Origin: Ignicoccus pacificus DSM 13166
GTDB taxonomy: Archaea; Thermoproteota; Thermoprotei_A; Sulfolobales; Ignicoccaceae
DNA length: 32,000 nt
NCBI GenBank assembly: GCA_025340205.1
Contig: CP006868.1
Coordinates: forward strand, 1,200,001-1,232,000
Reading direction: 5' to 3'
Numbering within the stretch: position 1 is the first letter of the stretch; each line of letters begins with the position of its first letter. Of the stretch, positions 8,923-16,862 are shown in pieces. Both the position numbers and the translations under genes were made by a program. The notes under the pieces are model-generated. The model worked only from the letters and a program-made list of their open reading frames with translations. It was not told the origin of the DNA and made no database searches.

Positions 8923-9515
8923 CTCTCCTCACCCGTCAAGAGGACCTTCTCGTACCACACGTCGATCATGTACTTTAGCTCGTTTACCAAGTGGATCTCC
9001 TCCGGCGTGCACCTCTCTCTGAGCTCGACGGGCACTTCCTTGCTACTTACTACATATTTCATCATCTTGAGGAGCCTTATTTCAGCTATTTCTTCTACGT
9101 CGTTCTTTACTTTCATCAGCTTATTCATTATCGAGAATATGTCGTTCATGTTCCCCTCGAACTCTCCTCTCCTTATGAGCTCCTCCGCCTTCTCTCCTAT
9201 CAACTTTACCATTTTGTAGAAATTCTTCGGCAACTGGACTGGATAAGGGTCGTCCTTGTGCTTGTTTTCAAGGAACTTATACTTGCTTATCTCCTTCGAT
9301 AACTTCACTATGTCCTCTTCCCTGCTGTACTTAGCATATCCCCTAGCTACGAGCTCCTCTGCTAACCATCGAGGGAGATCTATTTCCATACCCTTTCCCA
9401 ATCTTAACAGCTCCTCTCCGTTGAAGACGTCGACCAATTCCTTCAATATCATTACCTTTACTTTTTCCTCCATAAATTTTTCCATCTCTAGGTCTATTGC
9501 TAACTCGAGCTTCAC
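8919..9515 (-). CDS. GINS complex subunit (Gins23-like), co-transcribed with mcm
   Basis: 198-aa helical, K/E-rich protein. Its TGA overlaps the mcm ATG (ATGA overlap). A gins23-mcm operon is established for Sulfolobus. The family assignment rests on context, not on a strong motif. Confidence 0.5.
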   Translation of the reverse strand: MKLELAIDLEMEKFMEEKVKVMILKELVDVFNGEELLRLGKGMEIDLPRWLAEELVARGYAKYSREEDIVKLSKEISKYKFLENKHKDDPYPVQLPKNFYKMVKLIGEKAEELIRRGEFEGNMNDIFSIMNKLMKVKNDVEEIAEIRLLKMMKYVVSSKEVPVELRERCTPEEIHLVNELKYMIDVWYEKVLLTGEER

Positions 9516-9590
9516 GGTCCCCGATGACCCACTAGAGTAGCACTCGCTTTAATCAAGGGGACTCCGCGAGCAAAGTAGTGGTAACACGCT

Positions 9591-10571
9591 TTGAGCAGCG
9601 CGTACGAGATGCTGTGGGCAGAAAAGTACAGGCCGAAGACCCTAGACGAGATAGTGGATCAAGAGGAAATAGTTGCCAGGTTGAAGAAATTCGTTGAAGA
9701 GAAGAACGTGCCTCACATGCTCTTCGCCGGTCCCCCTGGAACCGGAAAGACCACCGCCGCCCTTGCCCTAGCTCATGACTTATATGGAGAGAATTATAGG
9801 CAATACTTGCTCGAGCTCAACGCGAGTGACGAGAGAGGAATAGACGTAATAAGGACTAAGGTAAAGGAGTTCGCAAGGTCTAGGACGCCTCCAAACGTTC
9901 CTTTCAAGATAGTCCTCTTAGACGAGGCGGATAACATGACTGCTGACGCCCAACAAGCCCTCAGGAGGCTTATGGAGCTCTACTCCGCTACCACTAGGTT
10001 CATCCTAATAGCTAACTTCCCTAGCAAGATCATCGAGCCCATCCAGTCCAGATGCGCTTACTTCCGCTTCAAGCCCTTGCCCAAGGATAAGGTAGTGGAG
10101 AGACTCATGTACATATGCAAGAACGAGGGAGTTCAGTGCGAGAAGGAGGCCTTGGAAGAGATATACGAGCTCTCTGAAGGTGATATGAGGAAGGCCATAA
10201 ACATACTCCAAGCTGCAGCCGCCCTCGGGAAGGTTACCGTTGATGCGGTCTACAAGGCGATAGGCTACGCTCATCCAGCTGAGATAAGGGAGGTCATAAC
10301 TAAGGCCCTTAATGGAAACTTCATGGAGGCTAGCAAGCACTTGAGAAAGTTAATGTTGGAATACGGCCTCTCCGGAGTCGACGTGATAAAGAGTATTCAC
10401 AAGGAGATAATGAGTAATAACCTCAAGATAGATGACAGACTAAGGGTGCTCATCGCTGACTACGCCGGGGAGGTCCAGTTCAGGATGACCGAGGGAGCGG
10501 ACGACGAGATCCAGCTCCAAGCGTTCCTAGCCAAGCTCGCCCTCCTCGGCCCTCGCTTTAAGTCAGCCTAG
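9591..10571 (+). CDS. rfcS: Replication factor C small subunit
   Basis: [15 protein letters not shown] (RFC box II), [18 protein letters not shown] and SRC motif [11 protein letters not shown]. Near-collinear with Sulfolobus RFC-S. TTG start at 9591; an alternative ATG is at 9609. Confidence 0.95.
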   Translation: MSSAYEMLWAEKYRPKTLDEIVDQEEIVARLKKFVEEKNVPHMLFAGPPGTGKTTAALALAHDLYGENYRQYLLELNASDERGIDVIRTKVKEFARSRTPPNVPFKIVLLDEADNMTADAQQALRRLMELYSATTRFILIANFPSKIIEPIQSRCAYFRFKPLPKDKVVERLMYICKNEGVQCEKEALEEIYELSEGDMRKAINILQAAAALGKVTVDAVYKAIGYAHPAEIREVITKALNGNFMEASKHLRKLMLEYGLSGVDVIKSIHKEIMSNNLKIDDRLRVLIADYAGEVQFRMTEGADDEIQLQAFLAKLALLGPRFKSA

Positions 10572-10581
10572 GTGACCTTAG

Positions 10582-12075
10582 ATGAAAAAATCAATTCCCT
10601 GGATCATAAAGTATAGGCCTAAGAGGGTCGAGGACGTAGTAAACCAAGAAAAGGCTAAGGAGCTCTTAATCCCTTGGATCAAGAAGTGGCTCTCCGGAAA
10701 CCCCCCTGAGAAGAAGGGAGCTCTGCTCTGGGGACCTCCCGGCGTGGGAAAGACCAGCTTGGTAGAGGCCATCTGCAACGAGTATAACTTGGAAAAAATA
10801 GAGCTAAACGCGAGCGACTTCAGGAGGAAGAAAGACATAGAGAGAATAGCGCTGGTAGCCGCTACCAAGAGACCCTTGCCCCCCAAGAAGGGAAGGATAG
10901 TTCTGCTCGACGAGGTAGACGGTCTATCTCCCAGAGGAGACGAGGGAGCCATTTCAGCTATACTAGAGCTCTTGGAGAAGGCTAGGAACCCGATAATAAT
11001 GACTGCCAACGATCCTTGGGGCCAGCACCTAAGGCCCATAAGGGAAAGGGTGTTAATGGTTGAATTCAAGAGGATCCCTAAGACGAAGGCCTTACCTTAT
11101 CTCATGAAGATATGTGAATCTGAAGGCATTTACTGCGAGAAGCAAGCTTTAGCTTACATATGGGAGAAGAACAAGGGCGACCTCAGAGCTTGCATAAACG
11201 ACATGCAAGCGATAGCTGAGGCCTATGGGAAGATAACTTTAGACCTAGCTAAGGCGCTGGTCGTAGAAAGGGATAGAACCTTAACCCCTTGGGAGATGCT
11301 CCAACACTTGTTCTACGCTAAGTACTTCTGGCAAGCGAAGAAGGCGGTGACGAGTACAGACTTGGACTACGACACCCTCTTCCTCTGGATAGCTGAGAAC
11401 GTTCCCAAGCAGTACGGAGACGATCCCGAGGACCTTTGGAGAGCCATGGAGGCCCTTTCAAGGGCGGACGTTTATTACGGAAGGATAAAGAGGAGGATGA
11501 ACTGGTCCCTCTTGCCCTATTACTTCGAAATGTTAGGCCCCGGGGTCGCTCTAGCTAAGGAGAAGTACCACAAGAGGGCGAGGTGGAGCTACCCGGAGAA
11601 GATAACGCTTCTCGCCAAGACAAAGGAGCAGAGGAGGATTAGGGAGGAGTTAGCTACCTTGCTTTCCCTAACCCAACACGTCTCTAAGAGCTACGCTAAG
11701 GCTGAGATTATTCCTTTGCTCAAGTTCATAGCCCAGCACAATCCTCAGTACTTCGCGAGATTAGCCTTAGGCTTAAGGCTTACTGATGAAATGATAAAGT
11801 TCTTAGCGGGGAAGGAATATAGGACAGTAATAAGGATAAAAGAAAAACTGTTAAAGGAAATGGAGGAGGAGGCCAAGATAAGGGCAGCCAGGGAGGCGAA
11901 GGAGTACTTGGAGAGGAAGGCGCTTGAGGTCGTCGAAGAGGAGAAGGTCGAGAAGTGGGAAGAGAAGAAAGAAGAAAAGGCGGAGAAGGTGGAGAAAAGG
12001 GAGAAGAAGGAAAGGAAGAGGGAGGAGAGGAGAGGAGGATTAACCCTCCTCGACTTCCTGAACAAGAAGAAGTGA
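10582..12075 (+). CDS. rfcL: Replication factor C large subunit
   Basis: PWIIKYRPKRVEDVV, GPPGVGKTS and LLDEVDG. Long K/E-rich C-terminal tail ending in a PIP-box-like LTLLDFLNKKK. Confidence 0.9.
   Translation: MKKSIPWIIKYRPKRVEDVVNQEKAKELLIPWIKKWLSGNPPEKKGALLWGPPGVGKTSLVEAICNEYNLEKIELNASDFRRKKDIERIALVAATKRPLPPKKGRIVLLDEVDGLSPRGDEGAISAILELLEKARNPIIMTANDPWGQHLRPIRERVLMVEFKRIPKTKALPYLMKICESEGIYCEKQALAYIWEKNKGDLRACINDMQAIAEAYGKITLDLAKALVVERDRTLTPWEMLQHLFYAKYFWQAKKAVTSTDLDYDTLFLWIAENVPKQYGDDPEDLWRAMEALSRADVYYGRIKRRMNWSLLPYYFEMLGPGVALAKEKYHKRARWSYPEKITLLAKTKEQRRIREELATLLSLTQHVSKSYAKAEIIPLLKFIAQHNPQYFARLALGLRLTDEMIKFLAGKEYRTVIRIKEKLLKEMEEEAKIRAAREAKEYLERKALEVVEEEKVEKWEEKKEEKAEKVEKREKKERKREERRGGLTLLDFLNKKK
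11991..12039 (+). repeat. 49-nt uninterrupted polypurine (GA) tract inside the rfcL 3' end
   Basis: Counted by hand: no pyrimidine between 11991 and 12039. It encodes the EKREKKERKREERRGG tail. It also explains the spurious antisense ORF 11745..12122. Confidence 0.85.
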
Positions 12076-12131
12076 GCCGATGAGGTCACGCCCGATAGGC
12101 TGATCGGTGAGGAAACTCCCATGGACCGAGG

Positions 12132-12136
12132 TTTTT
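12132..12136 (+). terminator. Oligo-T tract, candidate archaeal terminator for the rfcS-rfcL operon
   Basis: TTTTT lies 57 nt downstream of the rfcL stop. Archaeal termination commonly uses T-runs. This is weak evidence on its own. Confidence 0.25.
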
Positions 12137-12194
12137 ACCGTCTGGTTAGGCTCAGAACTTAGACCTCCCTAACTCCAAGCCTCCCGGTGAGACC

Positions 12195-12578
12195 TTGAGG
12201 AGACCGACGAAGGCCCTAGAGCAGTTCGATAAGGTCCTCGAGGAGCTCAAGTCCGAAGGAGTAACGGTCGTGGTAACCGATCACTTGGACATACCTCATC
12301 ACGGAGAGGCATCGGCGTTGATAGAGGATCTGGAAGTCTTCAAGAAGTTAGCCAAAAAGAGCGGGACTGTGGCGGCAATGGTAGCCTACGAGGAACACGC
12401 CAACCTATTGGTAATTTATGGGCTGACCAGAGTCGATTGGCTCTACGTGCTCTACAACGTTCACGTGAACGTAGCCGGAAGCAGCTTTAGGCTAAGCGGA
12501 CCGCCTCAGATGAAGGAGGAGGTGAAGAGGAAAGTAAGGGAGTTCTACCAGAAGTGGTTGGAGCTGATGAAGGAGTAG
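12195..12578 (+). CDS. Hypothetical protein (127 aa)
   Basis: ORF track, TTG start. No motif recognised. Confidence 0.4.
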   Translation: MRRPTKALEQFDKVLEELKSEGVTVVVTDHLDIPHHGEASALIEDLEVFKKLAKKSGTVAAMVAYEEHANLLVIYGLTRVDWLYVLYNVHVNVAGSSFRLSGPPQMKEEVKRKVREFYQKWLELMKE

Positions 12579-12641
12579 CGTTTCTCTTCTTTTACCTTTC
12601 TCAAGATCCTTCCGCGTAGAGCACTTAAGTATTGCTATGGT

Positions 12642-12664
12642 ACGGTAGACATAGGGTCTACCGT
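12642..12664. promoter_or_regulatory. Perfect 9-bp inverted repeat (ACGGTAGAC-ATAGG-GTCTACCGT) overlapping the vapB start codon; candidate TA operator
   Basis: Read directly. The right arm ends inside the GTG start (12663). A TATA-like ACTTAAGTATT lies about 30 nt upstream. Confidence 0.4.
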
Positions 12665-12899
12665 GTCCGTCACGGTTAGCTTTAAGGTAAGGAAGGAAGT
12701 TAAGGAAAAGATGGAGAAGTACAAGGGAATAATCAACTGGAACGAGGAGCTGAGAAGGTTTGTGGAACTGAAGATAAAAGAGTTAGAGGCAAAGGAGAGG
12801 TTCGAAGAGATCGTGAGGAAGCTGGAGGAGGCGGATTGGGGCGTCGAGGAGGGTTTCGCGTCGAGAAGCGTGAGGGAAGACAGGGATGGATGTAGCTGA
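12663..12899 (+). CDS. vapB: VapB-type antitoxin (RHH-like N-terminus)
   Basis: 78 aa. N-terminal beta-strand/helix pattern VTVSFKVRKEVKEKM and a C-terminal SVREDRD tail typical of archaeal PIN-partner antitoxins. It overlaps the downstream PIN gene by 14 nt. Confidence 0.6.
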   Translation: MSVTVSFKVRKEVKEKMEKYKGIINWNEELRRFVELKIKELEAKERFEEIVRKLEEADWGVEEGFASRSVREDRDGCS

Positions 12900-13284
12900 C
12901 TCCTCTGCCCTCATATCTTTGTTCCTAAGAGAACCAGGATGGAAGGACCTCAAAGAGCATCTATCCTTCGTTACTACGATAGATCTGAGCTTAAAGGAGA
13001 TCTACAACGCTATATGGAAGGCTCACAAGCTGAGAGGATCCCTAAAAGAAGAACAAATGTGGATGCTCACGAAACTGGTCAAGGAGTACTTCGATTGCTG
13101 TGTGGTAATAGAAGATCAAAGACCTCTCCTCGACGACGCGTTAAGGATCGCGACAAAATACGGGCTCACGATATACAATTCTCTTTTTGTTGTGTTAGCG
13201 TTAACGAAGGATCTACCCCTCGTTTCGCTAGACGCGAAGCAAAGGAGGGTCGCGAGGATGCTGGGCGTCGAAGTCCTTCCGTAA
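12886..13284 (+). CDS. vapC: PIN-domain ribonuclease toxin (VapC)
   Basis: N-terminal VADSSALISL (Asp5), Glu38, and LVSLDAK (Asp116). The usual third acidic residue (yDa.y motif) reads IYNSLF (Asn98). 132 aa. Confidence 0.75.
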   Translation: MDVADSSALISLFLREPGWKDLKEHLSFVTTIDLSLKEIYNAIWKAHKLRGSLKEEQMWMLTKLVKEYFDCCVVIEDQRPLLDDALRIATKYGLTIYNSLFVVLALTKDLPLVSLDAKQRRVARMLGVEVLP

Positions 13285-13408
13285 GATTGGGAGAGATCAG
13301 GAGAAGATGAGAAGCAAGTATGCATGAGGATCGTAACACGTATTATCGAAGGCGCTCACGATGGATCCATTGTACCTCAAAATGCTACTATACTAAGCTT
13401 TTCCTCGA

Positions 13409-13996
13409 TCACGTAACTCTCAGTATCATCATTATGCCCTCCCTTATCATGGCTACTCCAAGGCCTGCTAAGAGTATCGCTATTATCCTCGAGAGGGCCA
13501 GTATTCCGTTCTTACCAAGTACCTTGTACAAGGCCCTCCCAAGCATCAATAAGGGCAGAGTAACTAGCATCACCCCTATGACCGCTATGGCCGTGCAGAT
13601 GGGGCCACATGAGGATCTGTAATACAAGACCAAGCTGATAGCACCTGGACCCGCCAGCATGGGTATTGCCATTGGTACTATGGCCACGCTCTCCGGGTCA
13701 ATCATGCTAGCCTCCGACTGACCTAGCAAGGCTTGAATAGCATAGATAAGGAGGATTAATCCAGTAGCTATTCTTATATCGTTAACGGTCATTCCGAAGG
13801 GCTCTACTATCAGATCGCCGAATAAGGCAAAGAGCAAGAGAACGGCAGTTGCTACGATAACGCTTTTCCTTATTATTTTCTTCCTCTTTTCATCGGAAAG
13901 ACTTGAGGTCATGCTGTAGAATATTGGTCCGTTTGTGAGCGGATCTATTATTATGAAAAGGGCCAAGAACGCGTTTATCAGGCTGGCTATATCCAA
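13409..13996 (-). CDS. marC: MarC-family (UPF0056) integral membrane protein
   Basis: Family-typical FLALFIIIDPLTNGPIF N-terminus and VPMAIPMLAGPGAIS. Six hydrophobic segments. 195 aa. Confidence 0.8.
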   Translation of the reverse strand: MDIASLINAFLALFIIIDPLTNGPIFYSMTSSLSDEKRKKIIRKSVIVATAVLLLFALFGDLIVEPFGMTVNDIRIATGLILLIYAIQALLGQSEASMIDPESVAIVPMAIPMLAGPGAISLVLYYRSSCGPICTAIAVIGVMLVTLPLLMLGRALYKVLGKNGILALSRIIAILLAGLGVAMIREGIMMILRVT

Positions 13997-14029
13997 CTCT
14001 TCCTCCCGCCCTTCAGAGCGTGTGAAAAA

Positions 14030-14971
14030 TTAATACAAGTGACAAGCGACCCAGTGGTTGTGCTCCACCTCCTTCATCTTAGGCTCTTCCTTGCACTTAT
14101 CGAATGCCTTAGGGCACCTCGGCCTAAACCTACATCCCTTAGGAGGATTCGCCAGGTCCGGAGGAGATCCCGGTATCCACTTGAGCTCGCCTCCGCTGAT
14201 CTTCGGGGTCGCTTGCAGGAGCAGCTGGGTGTAGGGGTGGAGGGGATTTCCTAAGACCTTCTCGAGAGGACCGTATTCCACTGCCTTGCCGGCATACATT
14301 ACGAGTATCTTGTCGCTGAGCTCGCTGAGAACTCCTAGGTCGTGTGTAATTAGAATGAGACTCATCCCTACCTTTTCTTGAAGGTCCTTCAGAGCGTTTA
14401 TTATTTGAGCCTGAACCACTACGTCCAAGGCCGTAGTGGGCTCGTCGGCTATCACGTACTTCGGGTCAAGGAGCAAGGCTAAGGCTATCACAACCCTCTG
14501 CTTCTGACCTCCGGAGAGCTCGTGGGGGTACCTCTCGAGTATCTCCTCTTTGAGGCCGACCATCTTCAAGAGCTTTATTGCCTTCTCCCTGGCTTCCTCC
14601 TTGGTTGTGAACATATCATGGGCCTTCAAAGTCTCCACGAAGTGGTCGAAGACCGTGTAGACCGGGGTCAGTGAGTTCATGGCTCCTTGGAAGACCATGC
14701 TTATCCTCTTCCACCTGACCTCCTTTCTGAACTTGTTATCCGGCATGCTGAGAGCATCGAATTCATCGATCTGGATCTTTCCTCCAACTATCTTTCCCGG
14801 AGGCTCGATGAGCCTCATGAGTGCCATAGCAGTGGTGCTTTTTCCGCATCCGCTCTCCCCGGCTATTCCCAAGCTCTCTCCTTCCTTAACATCGAAGGAG
14901 ACGCCGTCGACTGCCTTAACCACTCCCCTTCTGGAATAATAGTAAACCTTGAGGTCCTCCACCTCTATCAA
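14030..14971 (-). CDS. ABC transporter ATP-binding protein, oligopeptide/dipeptide (OppD/DppD) type
   Basis: Walker A GESGCGKST, signature LSGGQKQR, Walker B YVIADEPTTALD, H-loop ITHDL. An Opp-type C-terminal extension carries Cys residues (CRFRPRCPKAFDKC...ACH). Confidence 0.85.
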   Translation of the reverse strand: MIEVEDLKVYYYSRRGVVKAVDGVSFDVKEGESLGIAGESGCGKSTTAMALMRLIEPPGKIVGGKIQIDEFDALSMPDNKFRKEVRWKRISMVFQGAMNSLTPVYTVFDHFVETLKAHDMFTTKEEAREKAIKLLKMVGLKEEILERYPHELSGGQKQRVVIALALLLDPKYVIADEPTTALDVVVQAQIINALKDLQEKVGMSLILITHDLGVLSELSDKILVMYAGKAVEYGPLEKVLGNPLHPYTQLLLQATPKISGGELKWIPGSPPDLANPPKGCRFRPRCPKAFDKCKEEPKMKEVEHNHWVACHLY

Positions 14972-15085
14972 TGAGCTTGACCGAGGTTGGAAGCTTGGAG
15001 GGGATAAAGGGCTCTTTTGATTGCCCGAGCCTTTACGTTAAATAAATCACTTTCGAGAAGGAGAGAGGGAGCAATAGTGTGCGAT

Positions 15086-15253
15086 ATGAAGAGCCTCTTG
15101 CTCTTAGCCGAGGCGATAAGCGTCATTACCGCCTTAGTTAACGGGTTGGTCATATTCTACGCAGTTCCCCATTACGATCTAATTCCCTTAGCGCTAACTT
15201 TGGGAGTTACGCTCTTGGTACTCGCTTTCGCGAAATATTATGGATGCCTCTGA
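15086..15253 (+). CDS. Mini membrane protein (about 55 aa, two TM helices)
   Basis: The ORF track gives 15017..15253. ATG 15086 (MKSLLLL...) is preceded by a TATA-like TTAAATAAAT and a GGAGAGAGGG SD-like run. Two hydrophobic helices. Confidence 0.35.
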   Translation: MKSLLLLAEAISVITALVNGLVIFYAVPHYDLIPLALTLGVTLLVLAFAKYYGCL

Positions 15254-15477
15254 GGAGGGGAGGGCGACGACAAATGGAGTGCGCGGGATGGTACGTAGCG
15301 TTGAGCACCTTGGTCTCGGTGTCCTTGAGCACGGTGCTGTTTTACTTCGTACTCTCTCTAGGAATAAACGACTTGGTTCAAGCCTTCCTAATAGCCTCGA
15401 TCTCAGGATTTATAGCATCCCTAGTAGTTTACTTTATCACATTACTAATAGAAAAGTGTGTATGTAATTGTGCGTAG
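15244..15477 (+). CDS. Mini membrane protein (67-77 aa, two TM helices, C-terminal CVCNC)
   Basis: Overlaps the preceding ORF by 10 nt. An alternative ATG is at 15274. Two hydrophobic helices and a Cys-rich end, EKCVCNCA. Confidence 0.35.
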   Translation: MPLRRGGRRQMECAGWYVALSTLVSVSLSTVLFYFVLSLGINDLVQAFLIASISGFIASLVVYFITLLIEKCVCNCA

Positions 15478-15481
15478 AAAG

Positions 15482-16021
15482 TTAGGCGTTCGCGAACTCC
15501 TTTCCATCTAAGTCTACTAACTCCTTCATCTTGGTGGAGGCTATGGCCTTCGCTTCCTCCAGTATCTTCGCCGCCTCGTGGTCTATGAACACGTCCCCTC
15601 CTATCATGTCCATTCCGAGTCCCTCCGCCGCCAGCTCGTCGAAGCTCTCCACTAGGCTCTCCAGCTCCTCATCTATGTGCGGTATTATTCCTCTGAACTG
15701 CTCTATGGTCTCCTTTAGATCCTTCGCCATTGGTATCACCGCAAACGCCGCGTCGCCGAACGTCAGAGCGGTGTCCAGCCTCAGCTCCGCTTGCTCTAGC
15801 TTTATGTCAAAGGCCATTAGAGCGCTCCTCAGCTTCCTTATGTTAGCTATCTCGCTAGCATATACCTTGGCCCTCATTAAGTCTCCCGACTTCTGAGCCT
15901 CAACTAGCCTCTCCATCAGCATCTTCTCCTTCTGCTCGATTGCGGACAGCTGGTGGTTTAGCTTGTTCCTTACCTTCCTTATCTGATATATCGCCTGAAC
16001 TATCTTCTTCCTGAGCCCCAT
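15482..16021 (-). CDS. cdvB: ESCRT-III / Snf7-family protein (CdvB paralog)
   Basis: Collinear with Sulfolobus CdvB. Compare SGDLMRAKVYASEIANIRKL...LEQAELRLDTA...FAVIPMAKDLKETIEQFRGIIPHIDEEL with CdvB EGDIARATIYAQEISDIRKM...KVRLKLDTV...FPVVRILGELKEQVRGIAPEV. At 179 aa it lacks the C-terminal wH of full-length CdvB. Confidence 0.8.
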   Translation of the reverse strand: MGLRKKIVQAIYQIRKVRNKLNHQLSAIEQKEKMLMERLVEAQKSGDLMRAKVYASEIANIRKLRSALMAFDIKLEQAELRLDTALTFGDAAFAVIPMAKDLKETIEQFRGIIPHIDEELESLVESFDELAAEGLGMDMIGGDVFIDHEAAKILEEAKAIASTKMKELVDLDGKEFANA

Positions 16022-16070
16022 CTGGGTCCCCGTTAACTCCTTAGGTCCAGAGGATAGGTAACTGAGAGAC

Positions 16071-16757
16071 TCAAATGCTACCGGAGGAATACCGAGAGAG
16101 GAGCTCCAGAACTTCCTCCTCGCTCAAGTCCCTCCACTCTTGATACGCTTCAGCGACCGCGAAGTAAGGCCCAGACCTTATGTTCGGAACTACTACCAAG
16201 TCCGCCACCTTAGACACCGCTATAGCCCCATCTAGGCTGGCCGTGGGAGCAGCTGCTATTACCTCTTCAGCTCCCTTGTCTCTTAAGAATTCGACCGCCG
16301 CTATCATAGTATAGCCGGTCGCTATCCCGTCGTCTATTACCACGACCCTAGGGGGAACCTCATAGGGTCTCCCTCCTCTTAGGACCTTCTCCCTTAACAA
16401 CACCTTCTCCAGTGCCTTCCTCACTTGCTCCTTGATCTCCTCCTCGCTTAGCGGAGCCGGGCCCAGCACTGCCCTCCCGTCTGGGGCCACAGCTCCGAAT
16501 CCGGCTTCCGTCGTCCAAGGATAGAGCACTTTCTTCACTATAACCAAGTCCAAGGGTTTTTGGTAGGCTTTCGCTACTTCTATAGCTACTGGAACCCCTC
16601 CCGCTGGAATAGCGAACACCTTGTCGAAGTCTATTCCATGCCTTTTCATGAAAGAAGCTAGGACCCTTCCGGCATGGAAGCGATCCTTGTATATGTAGAC
16701 CTTTTCCGAGAGGTCCGGGTCGAAGATCACGTTCTCGGGCAGCATGCGTTTCTCCAA
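16071..16757 (-). CDS. Predicted phosphoribosyltransferase (COG1926-like)
   Basis: N-terminal YKDRFHAGRVLASFM and the PRPP-binding loop VVVIDDGIATGYTM. 228 aa. Confidence 0.75.
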   Translation of the reverse strand: MEKRMLPENVIFDPDLSEKVYIYKDRFHAGRVLASFMKRHGIDFDKVFAIPAGGVPVAIEVAKAYQKPLDLVIVKKVLYPWTTEAGFGAVAPDGRAVLGPAPLSEEEIKEQVRKALEKVLLREKVLRGGRPYEVPPRVVVIDDGIATGYTMIAAVEFLRDKGAEEVIAAAPTASLDGAIAVSKVADLVVVPNIRSGPYFAVAEAYQEWRDLSEEEVLELLSRYSSGSI

Positions 16758-16862
16758 ATAAGGTTGTAAACAGGGACTTTTTGGTAAGGAGCTTGCATCA
16801 AGGACGCAACCTCCCTTAATCTTTCAAGCTAAGTCTTCGCATCTTGAGCACGGGTAGATGAA

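Noticed and set aside
6856-12075. Inteins or mobile insertions in MCM or the RFC subunits, as often seen in archaeal replication genes.
   Set aside because: The protein lengths (688, 326 and 497 aa) and the contiguous motif order leave no room for an intein-sized insertion.
10578-12122. Long antisense ORFs inside rfcL (10578..11069 and 11745..12122). Similar antisense or alternate-frame ORFs lie inside other genes (e.g. 909..1100, 2453..2830, 3497..3889, 4762..5154, 5485..5847, 6875..7213, 8968..9302, 15531..15896, 27411..28141, 30732..31211).
   Set aside because: Each lies opposite or out of frame to a gene with strong family motifs. The translations are low-complexity (S/L/P/F-rich) mirror images of K/E-rich coding sequence or polypurine tracts. 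These are typical shadow ORFs.
12076-12132. Candidate C/D-box sRNA just after rfcL. It would have a GCC stem, a C-like CCGATGA, D' CTGA, C'-like GTGAGGA, a 12-nt spacer, a D-like CCGA and a GGT stem, followed by TTTTT.
   Set aside because: Two of the four boxes are degenerate. The first guide spacer is 16 nt rather than the tightly constrained roughly 12 nt. The terminal stem is only 3 bp and includes a G-U pair. The element is more simply explained as a 3' UTR plus T-tract terminator. A covariance-model scan or small-RNA-seq would be needed to revive it.
12939-13310. Alternative-frame 123-aa ORF overlapping vapC.
   Set aside because: It is an Arg-rich, low-complexity translation. The overlapping frame encodes a recognisable PIN domain with the expected vapB overlap.
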